Below are positions 24,528-36,759 of a DNA stretch of 64,000 nucleotides, piece after piece. A program made the translations under genes and the position numbers. The notes beneath the pieces were generated by a model. It was not told where the DNA came from and made no database searches. It saw nothing but the letters and a program-made list of their open reading frames with translations. This DNA is from Octopus sinensis (taxonomy: Eukaryota), in assembly GCF_006345805.1 (NCBI RefSeq), contig NC_043022.1, positions 18,228,001-18,292,000 on the forward strand. The letters are read 5' to 3'. Each line of letters opens with the position of its first letter. Position 1 is the stretch's first letter.

Positions 24528-24787
24528 AGAAAAAATAATGTACTCAGAAATCTTGATGGTTGTACATTTACAGATTTTTATTAATGTCACATGTTTTTAT
24601 AAATCATATATTAGCACTTGCATCTACTCTAGTAGATTCTTCAGATTTCTGAAGAAACTACTAGAAATCTGAAGAATCTACTACTGTAGATGCAAGCGCT
24701 ATTATATGATTTATAAAAACATGTGACATATTAATAAAACTCTGTAAATGTACAACCGTCCAGATTTCTGAGTACTTTATTTTTTCT
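24528..24787. repeat. Palindrome with ~120-bp arms and 12-nt spacer; each arm carries a degenerate hammerhead-like core
   Basis: Left arm ends tagtagattcttcagatttct (24650); right arm begins agaaatctgaagaatctacta (24663); arms match out to agaaaaaataa / ttattttttct. Confidence 0.9.
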
Positions 24788-24860
24788 AATATATATATAT
24801 ATATGACCGTTGGTGATTTTTCCCTCTGTCTTCCCTTCTTTGGATCTTTCCTTTTCCTAT

Positions 24861-24895
24861 GTTTCTGACGAAGAGCTCCGCTTGAAATGTTAAAC
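24861..24895 (+). ncRNA. Minimal type I hammerhead-like motif with canonical CUGACGA core, in a (TA)n-flanked PLE-like fragment (24805-24975)
   Basis: gttt-ctgacga-a-gagc-tcc-gctt-gaaa-tgtt-aaac: stem I GUUU/AAAC, stem II GAGC/GCUU; stem III AUGU is probably a CpG-decayed ACGU. Confidence 0.55.
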
Positions 24896-25000
24896 CCTCC
24901 TTCTTTCCTGAGCGTCTAATAACGCTATACTTGTTCCACGTCCTCGCGTTGTTGTGTTTTCTCTTTGTGTTTGCATATATATATATATATGCAGGAAATA

Positions 25001-25338
25001 GTGAAGACCCCCTTCAATCATGAATGCTCATGGGATTGCACCTAGAAAGTTCCCTTCCAAGGCACAAGTCCGGGCAAGGTTGTTTATGGAAGACCAGCAG
25101 TCGCCCATGCATACCAGCCTCTCATACCACCAATATTATCCAAAGCAAAGGCAAATGCTGATACAGCTTGGCTTGGCGCTAACAATATCACAACCCATTT
25201 CTACAGCTGAGTGAACAGGAACAATGCAAAATAAAGTGTCTTGCTCAAGAACACAACACTGAGCTCAGTGTGGGAATCAAACTCACAACTTCACGTTTGT
25301 AAGCCTGATGCTCAATCCATTGAGCCATGTGTCTTCAC
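25001..25338 (-). mobile_element. SINE family E (tRNA-like head; ttcttgagcaagacacttt and ttcactcagctgtagaaatg segments)
   Basis: Reverse complement head gtgaagacacatggctcaatggattgagcatcagg...gagtttgattccc; related to 29235-29490. Confidence 0.7.
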
Positions 25339-25519
25339 ACACACACACACACACACACACACAACATACATACATTGTCTAGTCAACATACCTAATGTGG
25401 GTGTTCATATAATTGTCGTTACATTTGTTATTTTTGAAAATAATGATAAGAAAATTAGTGTCATTACGTTATCATTCATTAGCAAATATCCTTGCATTAA
25501 TTAATTAATTAAGCTACCA

Positions 25520-25795
25520 CTTAAAATCCTGTCTGTACTCTCCACACAGTGCTTTTATTGTGGCACTCTGTTGAAGTACCCTGCTTTTGTTTTAATTTAT
25601 TTCTAGACGATTGATTGATTGATTCTAGTTTCAGCTCACGAGCTGTGGCCATGCTGGGGCACCGAAGACTTTTGTAAAATAACTTCGTTATTATTAAACT
25701 TGTGTCTTGAACATAAATAAGCATAAAAATTTGATGCAGGGTGTTAAATTAGATCACTTTAACCCATTTGTTACCATACTTCTATTGAAATATAA
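25520..25795 (+). mobile_element. AT-rich interspersed repeat (TTAACCC-starting, possibly piggyBac-like MITE); the second copy is split by the SINE array and resumes at 28213-28350
   Basis: gtaaaataacttcgttattattaa (25673) resembles agttaaataatctcgttattattaa (28268); ttaacccatttgttacc at ~25759. Confidence 0.5.
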
Positions 25796-28214
25796 GGTGG
25801 AAAGCTGGCACAAACGTTAGCACACTGGGTGAAATGCTTAGCAGTATTTCGCCTGTCTTTTTGTTTTGAATTCAAATCCCACTGAGGTCGACCTTACCTT
25901 TCATCCTTTCAAGGTTGATAAATTAAGTACCAGTTGCATACTGGAGTCAATCTAATCGACTGGCCACCTCCCCCAAAATTTCAGGCCTTGTGCCTAGAGT
26001 AGAAAAGAATATTTGGGCAGTGAGCTGGCAGAAATGTTAGCACGCCGGGTGAAATACTTAGCAGTATTTCGCCTGTCTTTATGTTTGAGTTCAAATCCCA
26101 CTGAGGTCGACCTTACCTTTAATCCTTTCAAGGTTGATAAATTAAGTACCAGTTGCTAATGGAGTCAATCTAATCGACTGGCCACCTCCCCCAAAATTTC
26201 AGGCCTTGTGCCTAGAGTAGAAAAGAATATTTGGGCAGTGAGAGCTGGCAGAAATGTTAGCACGCCGGGTGAAATACTTAGCAGTATTTCGCCTTGTCTT
26301 TATGTTCTGAGTTCAAATCCCACTGAGGTCGACCTTACTTTCATCCTTTCAAGGTTGATAAATTAAGTACCAGTTGCATACTGGAGTCAATCTAATCGAC
26401 TGGCCACCTCCCCCAAAATTTCAGGCCTTGTGCCTAGAGTAGAAAAGAATATTTGGGCAGTGAGCTGGCAGAAACGTTAGCACCCGGGTAAAATACTTAG
26501 CAGTATTCGCCTGTCTTATGTTCTGAGTTCAAATCCCACTGAGGTCGACCTACCTTTCATCCTTTCAAGGTTGATAAATTAAGTACCAGTTGCCATACTG
26601 GAGTCAATCTAATCGACTGGCCACCTCCCCCAAAATTTCAGGCCTTGTGCCTGCCTAGAGTAGAAAAGAATATTTGGGCAGTGAGCTGGCAGAAACGTTA
26701 GCCACGCGGGTAAAAATACTTAGCAGTATTTCGCCTGTCTTTATGTTCTGAGTTCAAATCCCACTGAGGTCGACCTTACCTTTCATCCTTTCAAGGTTGA
26801 TAAATTAAGTACCAGTTGCATACTGGAGTCAATCTAATCGACTGGCCACCTCCCCCAAAATTTCAGGCCTTGTGCCTAGAGTAGAAAAGAATATTTGGGC
26901 AGTGAGCTGGCAGAAACGTTAGCACGCCGGGTAAAATACTTAGCAGTATTTCGCCTGTCTTTATGTTCTGAGTTCAAATCCCACTGAGGTCGACCTTACC
27001 TTTCATCCTTTCAAGGTTGATAAATTAAGTACCAGTTGCATACTGGAGTCAATCTAATCGACTGGCCACCTCCCCCAAAATTTCAGGCCTTGTGCCTAGA
27101 GTAGAAAAGATTTGGGCAGTGAGCTGGCAGAAATGTTAGCACACCGGGTGAATACTTAGCAGTATTTCGCCTGTCTTTTTGTTTTGAATCAAATCCCACT
27201 GAGGTCGACCTTACCTTTCATCCTTTCAAGGTTGATAAATTAAGTACCAGTTGCATACTGGAGTCAATCTAATCGACTGGCCACCTCCCCCAAAATTTCA
27301 GGCCTTGTGCCTAGAGTAGAAAAGAATATTTGGGCAGTGAGCTGGCAGAAATGTTAGCACACCGGGTGAAATACTTAGCAGTATTTCGCCTGTCTTTTTG
27401 TTTTGAATTCAAATCCCACTGAGGTCGACCTTACCTTTCATCCTTTCAAGGTTGATAAATTAAGTACCAGTTGCATACTGGAGTCAATCTAATCGACTGG
27501 CCACCTCCCCCAAAATTTCAGGCCTTGTGCCTAGAGTAGAAAAGAATATTTGGGCAGTGAGCTGGCAGAAATGTTAGCACACCGGGTGAAATACTTAGCA
27601 GTATTTCGCCTGTCTTTATGTTCTGAGTTCAAATCCACTGAGGTCGACCTTACCTTTCATCCTTTCAAGGTTGATAAATAAGTACCAGTTGCATACTGGA
27701 GTCAATCTAATCGACTGGCCACCTCCCCCAAAATTTCAGGCCTTGTGCCTAGAGTAGAAAAGAATATTTGGGCAGTGAGTGGCAGAATAGAAATGTTAGC
27801 ACGCCGGGTGAAATACTTAGCAGTATTTCGCCTGTCTTTATGTTCTGAGTTCAAATCCCACTGAGGTCGACCTTACCTTTCATCCTTTCAAGGTTGATAA
27901 ATTAAGTACCAGTTGCATACTGGAGTCAATCTAATCGACTGGCCACCTCCCCCAAAATTTCAGGCCTTGTGCCTAGAGTAGAAAAGAATATTTGGGCAGT
28001 GAGCTGGCAGAAATGTTAGCACACCGGGTGAAATACTTAGCAGTATTTCGCCTGTCTTTATGTTCTGAGTTCAAATTCCGCCAATGTTGACTTTGCCTTT
28101 TTTCCTTTCAGGTTCGATTAATTAAGTACATGTCAACTACTGGAGTCGATGTGATCACTTGTCCCCTTCCCCACAAAAATCCAGGCCTTGTTCCTTTTAG
28201 TAGGAAGGATATTT
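25796..28214 (+). repeat. Tandem array of 11 head-to-tail SINE A' units (~217-224 bp each)
   Basis: Unit starts ~25796, 26015, 26233, 26455, 26676, 26897, 27114, 27332, 27552, 27770, 27994; no spacer between agaaaagaatattt and gggcagtgagctggc. Confidence 0.97.
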
Positions 28215-29234
28215 CTATTAAAATACACACACTACTTTTTTATCAATTTGAAAATAATAACGAATTTAGTTAAATAATCTCGTTATTATTAAGTCAATGT
28301 TTGCAACAAACGAAGGCGAAATTTTGATAAGAGGTTTCAGTTTAGACACCTTAACCCTTTTGATGCCCTATCAAAATGCTTATCATTTCCTCAAGCGGTG
28401 GGTGATAAATTGAGTACTACAGTAAATTCTAGGGTAGTCAATGTAATTGAGCGAAATTTTTCATGACCCTTGAAGGGTCTGTCCTTGTGTGATTGTTAAC
28501 CAGAAACTGAACCGGGGAAAGAATAGAAGAGAGCATACATGCATGTGTGTGTGTGTGTAAGGGTGTGTGTGAGGGTGTGTGTAAGTAAACAGGACGTTGT
28601 TGCTAGGTAACACTTCGTTTCCCCTTCCCTTATAGCTGATGTTAAGTATTATTTACATATACTGAAACAGATGTTTATATTCCACAGTGTCTCACACATG
28701 CACACACACACACAGACTAACACACACACATGCACACACACACACACATGTTCATGCATTCATGCACTCAAATACACATTCTGAAGCTCACAGGTTCCCC
28801 TCCCTCGACACTCATACAGACACACACACACACAAGCAAGCATACACTTATACATATGCGTGCATGCACACACACACACAGGTGCACACGTGTGTATCTA
28901 ATTCAAGAAGGATTATTGGTTTCATTTCACTTTGCATTACACATGCACACACACACACACACACAAAAGATACACCACACACATGCACACACCCACACAC
29001 ACACGATACACCACACACATGCGCACACACACACACACACACACACACAAAAGATACACCGCACACATGTGCACACACCACACACACACACACACACCAC
29101 AAACATGCATTTGTTAGTATGAGAGTGCATACATACACATGTAATCATTTTCATCGTTATCATGTTTTATATCTCGTTTTATATCTCTGATGGCATCAGT
29201 TGGATAAAAGATGTAAAAAAAATAAAATAAAATA

Positions 29235-29490
29235 TGGTGGAGGTGTATGGCTTAGTGGTTGGGGTGTTGGTCTTCTGATCCTAAGATTGTGGTTTCAATT
29301 CCTGGACTGGGTAACGTATTGCATTCTTGAGCCAAACACTTCATTTCGCATTGCTCAGTCCACTCAGCTGGCAAAAATGAGTAATCGTGCGAGATGACTA
29401 GTGTTCTATCCAGGTGGGGAATGTATACGCAATGAGACCAGGTAACCGGCCCTTATGAGTCTGTATGACTTCAGAAAGTAATTTTACTTT
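29235..29490 (+). mobile_element. SINE family E-like
   Basis: tggcttagtggttggggtgttgg A-box-like, gtttcaattcctgg B-box-like, gtccactcagctggcaaaaatgagta. Confidence 0.7.
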
Positions 29491-30001
29491 TCGATTTGTA
29501 AACAAGTGCCATTGTTATACAAGCAGTGTTGTTTCTTTACAATCTTCCATGAAAATGTCTTGTCATGGGGGTGAATGTTCCTTTACTTGGAAAGAGGTGA
29601 ATGCTGGCAACAGGAAAGGCACCCAGCTGCAGACTATCTGCCTCAACTTATTCTATCACCGCATGGAAAAGTGGATGTTAAAAGTGATGATGATGGTGAG
29701 ACGTATTTTTGTATATACATTATATACACTCTCACACATGACCTTTGAACTTGCAGCCAAGCAAAAAGATCAAAAGACCTATAGACAAATTGATAGATTA
29801 ATAGCTGCATCGTTATATATGTATGTATGTATGTATGAAGATAGATAGATTGATTAGTAGATAAGTGTATTGATAGTTTGGTAGTTAAATAGCTAGCTAG
29901 TAGCTATCTAGTTAGACAGATATGTATACTGATAAATAGACAAACTGTGAGATAGGTACATAGATCGGTATAAATATATTGATAGTTAGGTTGATAGATT
30001 G

Positions 30002-30034
<33 letters not shown>

Positions 30035-31140
30035 TACATACACATACATACACGAATATTGATATATATATATTGATATACATATATATTGATCTATATA
30101 TATATATATTCGTATATATATATATATATATTCGTATATATATATATATTCGTATATATATATATATATATTCGTATATATATATATAATTCGTATATAT
30201 ATATATATATATATATATTCGTATATATATATATGTGTGTTCGTATATATATATATATGTGTGTGTTCGTATATATATATGTGTATATATATATATATAT
30301 ATATGTGTATATATATATATATATATGTGTATATATATATATATTATATATATATATATAATGCATATACATATGTATATATTGATAAATAGACATATGC
30401 AGTCGGAGAGATATATAGCTAAACAAATTAATCTATCACTATTTTGTTTTGATCATCAAAAGGTATAACACAATAAAATTATACACTATGATAATTGCTT
30501 CTTAATATAAAAGGGTGTATATGTTTATAACACACACACACATTAGTATTGTAGCTAATTGATTAATACTGAAGATAAAACACTCAGTAGCAAAAGGTTT
30601 GCAACCAGTTGTATATAGAATTTCAACCATTGAAACCTAACCCAGACAATTCCAAAAGCTAATGTGTGTTCTTACCCCAAGCTGCCATCCGGAACATACT
30701 TAGTATAAAAATAACGAAAGCAAAAAACAGCAGCAAAAAAAAAAAAAAAAAAAAATTTACTAATGATTGTATACAAAAACTCAGGTATTGAAGCTAAGTC
30801 AGACAGGAAAATGACAAAAAAATGTAGTGGGTGTTCTTAGACTAAGCTGTCTTTCTACCAGAATGTTCTTGTTACAGAATTTTGACTAACCATTTATCAT
30901 TTATTCATAAAAAGTCTGGTATAGATGAAGCTAAGCTAGACAATTTAGAAATGGTTAATGTGTTCTTAGCCATCTAAAGTGACTTTGAGTATATTCTTGG
31001 TACCTTTTATTGTTTGTATTTGTTTCCATCATTAGCCAGTAGCCATGCTGGAGCACCACCTTGAAGTGTTTTGTTCTGTGGTTCTTAACTAGGGTCCATA
31101 TAAGATTTTGCTATTAAAATTTGTGTAATAAATTGGTTAT

Positions 31141-31303
31141 AGGCACAGGAGTGGCTGTGTGATAAGTAGCTTGCTAACCAACCACATGGTTCCGGGTTCA
31201 GTCCCACTGCGTGGCATCTTGGGCAAGTGTCTTCTGCTATAGCCCCGGGCCGACCAATGCCTTGTGAGTGGATTTGGTAGCCGGAAACTGAAAGAAGCCT
31301 GTC

Positions 31304-31353
<50 letters not shown>

Positions 31354-31530
31354 ATGTGTTTGTCCCTCTAGCATTGCTTGACAACCGATGCTGGTGTGTT
31401 TACGAGGAAGATGGCAACAGCCAGGATCAGATGGTGCTTTTTACGTGCCACTGGCACGGAAGCCAGTCAAGGTGACGCTGGCATCATACATGTTCAGGTG
31501 GTGCCTTTTACGCACCACTGGCACGGGTGT
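31141..31530 (+). mobile_element. SINE family B interrupted at ~31403 by family C internal repeats
   Basis: B sequence runs to gtgtttacg, then ttttacgtgccactggcacg repeats as at 35730-35880. Confidence 0.75.
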
Positions 31531-33064
31531 CATAACTACAATTTCCATTTGATTTTCATTTTGATCCGGCTAATTTGAAAATGAAATAAGGACAATGTTT
31601 GGGCTAGATAGGGTTGGCTTTTGTACGAGAGAATTAAACGAAATAGTCTTCTGGAATATTCTTGAGGTAAAAGCAACAAAGCAAAAATGAGGTTTTGAAA
31701 GTAAGTTGGAAATATATACATGCATACACACACACACACATACACACACACACATCTCTCTCTCTCTCCCTCTCTCACTTTCTCCCTCTCTCTCTCTTTC
31801 TCTCTATTTATATATATGAGTGTTTGTGTATTAGTATGAATATGTGTTTGTATGTGTGTGTGTGTATAGCTATATATATATATATATACACACACACATA
31901 CAGACATATCCATACTAATAAACACACATGCACAAACACCCTCATGTACATATTGACATACATATGTATATGTGTGTGTGTGTGTGTATTTGTATATATA
32001 CATATATATACACGTGTATGTATATATATATATACATATATATATAGAGAGAGAGAGAGAAAGAGACACACACACACATGTATATACATACACGCATGTG
32101 TGTGTATTATATATGTATGTATATATATATCTATATACCTAAGCATACATGGTCTAGTACACATTTGTTTATATATACACACACATATACACTACATACA
32201 CCCTTACATACTCAAATACATACATACCTACCTGGCTGTCTTACCTTCTTCTACTGCGTTTATTTTCATCTGCAGCTTACCCCCCAACCCCCCTCACGTG
32301 TACTCCCACCCATCTCCCCACCCCTCCCAACCACTGCAACCACCACCCTCCTCCCCACTCTCACCTCTTCTTCGGATAACTAAAGGTTTTTTCTCCCCTG
32401 CCAAATACCTCCCAGCTCAATTTCCAGTCTTATCGACCTATAAACAACCCCACCTCCACCCCTGTCTACATCCTCCCAACACTACTGCCCCACCCTTCCA
32501 CCCGTTTTCTCCTATTAAAACTATCAGACTACAGCACTTCACCAACACTACCATCACTATAACCATCATCATCATCATCATCATCAGACCACGCCTACCA
32601 ACTACCACCACTATGACTAATGGGGGGTTGGAAACCAATGAGTAACACCTCTATGTGGTTGCTAACCATGCTAGAAATACAACCAAAATTTCCCTTAAAT
32701 CACCGCTTTTCTTCTCCATCTGTGTCTTAAAACAAAAGTGGGAACAAAAAAAAAACCATTGGATAAAATTTTCCTTGGTTCCTGGTTCATAGAGAAAAGG
32801 TAGGGTGGTCATGAATGGAGTGTCTTTAATCATAGGTCTTCTTGATTAATAGTGACCTAATGATGGACAGTAAAAACAACTTCTTGACCAGGGAGAAATG
32901 TATATCCACGTGTGTGTGTGTATATATATATATCTATATATATATATATACTTACATATGCACACACACACACATATACATAAATGTATACACATACATA
33001 TAAGTATATTCATATACATACATACATACATATGTAGATATATATACATATATATATATATATA

Positions 33065-33345
33065 ATACAAAATGGGACAAGAACGCAGAACATCCGGACA
33101 CCTAGGTGATGCAAAAAGGGACAACAAAACATCCAGGTAGACGATACAAAGAAAACAAGGACGGGTCATTCAAAGTTTTCTTTCTTCAGTCAAGTACCAG
33201 ATTATCCTTGCAATTTCAGCTGATTATTCTTGAGATTGCTCCAATCTGGCCAGCCCCAAGGAAAAACTAATCTAAGAGCATTAGATTCCTTGAAAGAAAG
33301 CAGTGAATGTAGACAAAAACAAGGACAGAAAAAAATGGACAGTGT
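33065..33345 (-). mobile_element. (TA)n-adjacent interspersed repeat (PLE-like), related to 22235-22350
   Basis: Shared aaaatgggacaagaacgca...gatacaaag...gtcattca(a/g)agttttcttt. Confidence 0.5.
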
Positions 33346-33597
33346 TACTCAAATACAAATAAAATAATAATAATAATAATAATTTTAAACTTTTTTTATG
33401 GTATTTATTTATTACGGTTTTTGACTAACGATTTTAGTCAAAGAAATCAACACCAGGATTTATTCTTTATAAGCCTAGCACTTATTCTATTGGCCTTTTT
33501 TGCCAAACCCTAAGTTATAGGGACATAAACAAACCAATATTGTTTATTGTGTGATGGTGGGGGACTAACATAGACACAAACATGAAATTATTGTATA

Positions 33598-33638
<41 letters not shown>

Positions 33639-33942
33639 TCACACATACAGTAGGCTTCTTTCAGTTTCCATCAACCATATCCATTTACAAGGCTTTGGTC
33701 AGCCTGAGGCTATAGGAGAAGACATGTGCCCAAGGTGCCATGTTGTGAGACTCAACCCAGAACCGTGTGGCAGAAGACACTTGAGTAAGGTTTGCACACA
33801 GTGGAAATTAACCTGTGACTATATGGCTAGGAAGCATAGTTCTTGACTACACACGCACACATATCTATGCATGTGTAGATATGTGTATATATTCATATAT
33901 GTGTGTGTCTATACATATATATCTATATATGTATATACATAA

Positions 33943-34174
33943 GGCGGTGAGCTGGCAGAACCGTTAGCGCGCCGGGCGAAATGCGTAGCTGTATTTCGTC
34001 TGCCGTTATGTTCCGAGTTCAAATTCTGCCGAAGTCGACTTTGCCTTTCATCCTTTCGAGGTCGATAAATTAAGTACCAGTTACGCACTGGCGGTAGATG
34101 TAATCGACTTAATTCGTTTGTCTGTCTTTGTTTGTCTCCTTCTATGTTTAGCCCCTTGTGGGTAATAAAGAAAC
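33943..34174 (+). mobile_element. SINE family A, full length
   Basis: ggcggtgagctggcagaaccgttagcgcg...ggtaataaagaaac. Confidence 0.9.
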
Positions 34175-34184
34175 ATATATACAT

Positions 34185-34350
34185 AGGCGCAGGAGTGGCT
34201 GTGTGGTAAGTAGCTTGCTAACCAACCACGTGGTTCCGGGTTCAGTCCCACTGCGTGGCATCTTGGGCAAGTGTCTTCTGCTATAGCCCCGGGCCGACCA
34301 ATGCCTTGTGAGTGGATTTGGTAGACGGAAACTGAAAGAAGCCTGTCGTA

Positions 34351-34381
<31 letters not shown>

Positions 34382-34595
34382 ATGTATGTATGTATGTGTT
34401 TGTCTCCCTAGCATTGCTTGACAGCCGATGCTGGTGTGTTTACGTCCCCGTCACTTAGCGGTTCGGCAAAAGAGACCGATAGAATAAGTACTGGGCTTAC
34501 AAAGAATAAGTCCCGGGGTCGACTTGCTCGACTAAAGGCGGTGCTCCAGCATGGCCGCAGTCAAATGACTGAAACAATTAGAAGAGTAAAAGAGT
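34185..34595 (+). mobile_element. SINE family B, full length
   Basis: aggcgcaggagtggctgtgtggtaagtagc...gaagagtaaaagagt. Confidence 0.9.
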
Positions 34596-35079
34596 ATGTA
34601 TATACATATATGTTTATGTGTATATATCTACACATATGTGCATATTTATGTATGTTTTATATGTATGTGTGTGTAGCATACACAAATATATACACATATG
34701 TACATACGTGACATTGGCTATACTTTGTTCCCAAGAATTTCAAATCTATTTTTAATTCTTTTGCTTTCTCATTCATTCTTTTGGTATTTCTGATGCCCAA
34801 CAAGACCAATCCTTGAATAACACTTGTGACCACACACACACACACAACACACACACACACATATGTACTTAATAGATGGAGGTGGTCGTGATTAGGATTG
34901 GCAGGTTTGGCATCTCTTCTCGTCTGTCCTCTTTTATTTCCGCGACATTGTTGTTCAAACATTTAGGCAGGCATCAGTCAAAATGGTTTGACGCCAGAAT
35001 TTACAATCTGACCTTATGATTCTGCTCATGTTATATGCATAGATACATCTGCATGTGTGTGTGTGTGTATATATATATA

Positions 35080-35109
35080 TATGTGTGCGTGTGTATGTGT
35101 ATATCAATG

Positions 35110-35140
<31 letters not shown>

Positions 35141-35203
35141 ATTTGTACGTGTGTATGTGTGTATATCAATGTATATATATGTGTGTGTATGTGTATATCA
35201 ATG

Positions 35204-35236
<33 letters not shown>

Positions 35237-35400
35237 ATATGTACGTGTGTATGTGTGTATATCAATGTATATATGTGTGTGTGTATATGTACGTGTGTAT
35301 GTGTATATCAATGTATATATATGTGTGTGTATGTGTATATCAATGTATATATGTGTGTGTGTATATGTACGTGTGTATGTGTATATCAATGTATATATAT
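35080..35400. repeat. Minisatellite built on gtgtatgtgtatatcaatgtatat
   Basis: The atatcaatgtat anchor recurs about 7 times. Confidence 0.85.
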
Positions 35401-35654
35401 GTGCATGAGAGTGTATATATATGTATGTATATGTACGTATGTATATATACATGTGTATATTATGTATATACATATATATATATATATATACATATGGATG
35501 ATGTTAAGCTTTGTGTTTCCTACATAATTTACATCGTTTGTGTATAGGTGTGTGTGTATATATTTGTGTATGTATACACACACGTACAAATTTACGTATA
35601 CAGACATTTATGCATATTTGTGTATAATTTGTGTATATAGATCAGACACACGTC

Positions 35655-35920
35655 TGATCTGGCAGAGTTTCCACAGCTGGATGCCCTTCCTAACGCCAAC
35701 CACTCCGAGAATGTACCGGGTGCTTTTTATGTGCCAGCGGCACGAGGGCCAGTTTGGTGGTACTGGCAACGGCCACGCTCAAATTGTGTTTTTTACGTGC
35801 CACCTGCACAGGAGCCAGTCCAGCAGCACTGGCAACGACCTCGCTTGAATGTTGTTTTTCACGTGCCACTGGCACATGTGCCAGTAAGGCGATGCTGGTA
35901 ACGATCACACTCGAATGGCG
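35655..35920 (-). mobile_element. SINE family C with internal ~70-bp repeats
   Basis: ggatgcccttcctaacgccaaccactcc followed by repeated tttt(t)a(c/t)gtgcca. Confidence 0.8.
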
Positions 35921-36439
35921 CTTTTTATTTTTATTGTAGCAGCTACACTTTCAGAGCACCTACCCCTGCTACTGACTTGGTCACCTAGGTAATGGAAGCT
36001 ATCAACTACTTCTAGTTTTTCTCCCTGAAATGTGGCGGAAGTTGTTCTCTGCACATTTTCAGTGTTTATTGCTCCTCAGCATCTGCCACATACAAAAACT
36101 ATCTTCCCAGTTAGCCTCCCTTTGATATTGCTGCACCTCTTATGTGTCCATAGCTTATACTGGGTGCATCTTACAGAGTTTCTACCTATGCCTTTTCTAT
36201 AGATTGAGCAAGGCCATCTACCTGAAGGGATTTGTGGTTTGTCTGCCTTCCTACTTATTAGGACTTTGGTTTTAGCTGGGTTGACTCTAAAGCCCTATTG
36301 TGTGTGTGTGTACTGGACTATTGTGGGTTCTCATTATTTGTGAATGACAAATGAAGGTTCTGGAACTTCTTGCTGAATGACCTCCTGCTCTGATGATTTG
36401 CTGATGGTGATGAAATGTTTGTGCTATACATCATCTCAC

Positions 36440-36630
36440 GCCCTCCATCAAATTATTGTTGTCTGAACAATGGCACAGTGTGCCATATGTCAGACGTCGA
36501 AGTGATCGCAGAACGATGTGAGATGGAGTGATTTGGCTCAAGGACACAATGCACCGCCCAGTCCAGGAATGGAAACCATGATCTTGCGATCTTAAGTGCA
36601 ACACCCTTAACCACTAGGCCACTGACCTTC
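36440..36630 (-). mobile_element. SINE family E-like 5' part
   Basis: Reverse complement tggcctagtggttaagggtgttgcac...ggtttccattcctggactgggcggtgcattgtgtccttgagcc. Confidence 0.7.
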
Positions 36631-36759
36631 ACTGGTACCGGTGACCTTTTGTTCTGTATAGGAATGCTGTTTGACCCAGTCATGTTGACATGTCAATAAA
36701 AACTTTAATTTTATTTGAAATTATTTCTAATCCCTAACCCCATTGATTGTGGACCTTAA

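Noticed and set aside
25796-28214. CRISPR array or hammerhead retrozyme interpretation of the 220-bp array
   Set aside because: No unique spacers, and the context is eukaryotic. I found no CUGANGA...GAAA core on either strand of the unit. Other ribozyme classes were not tested.
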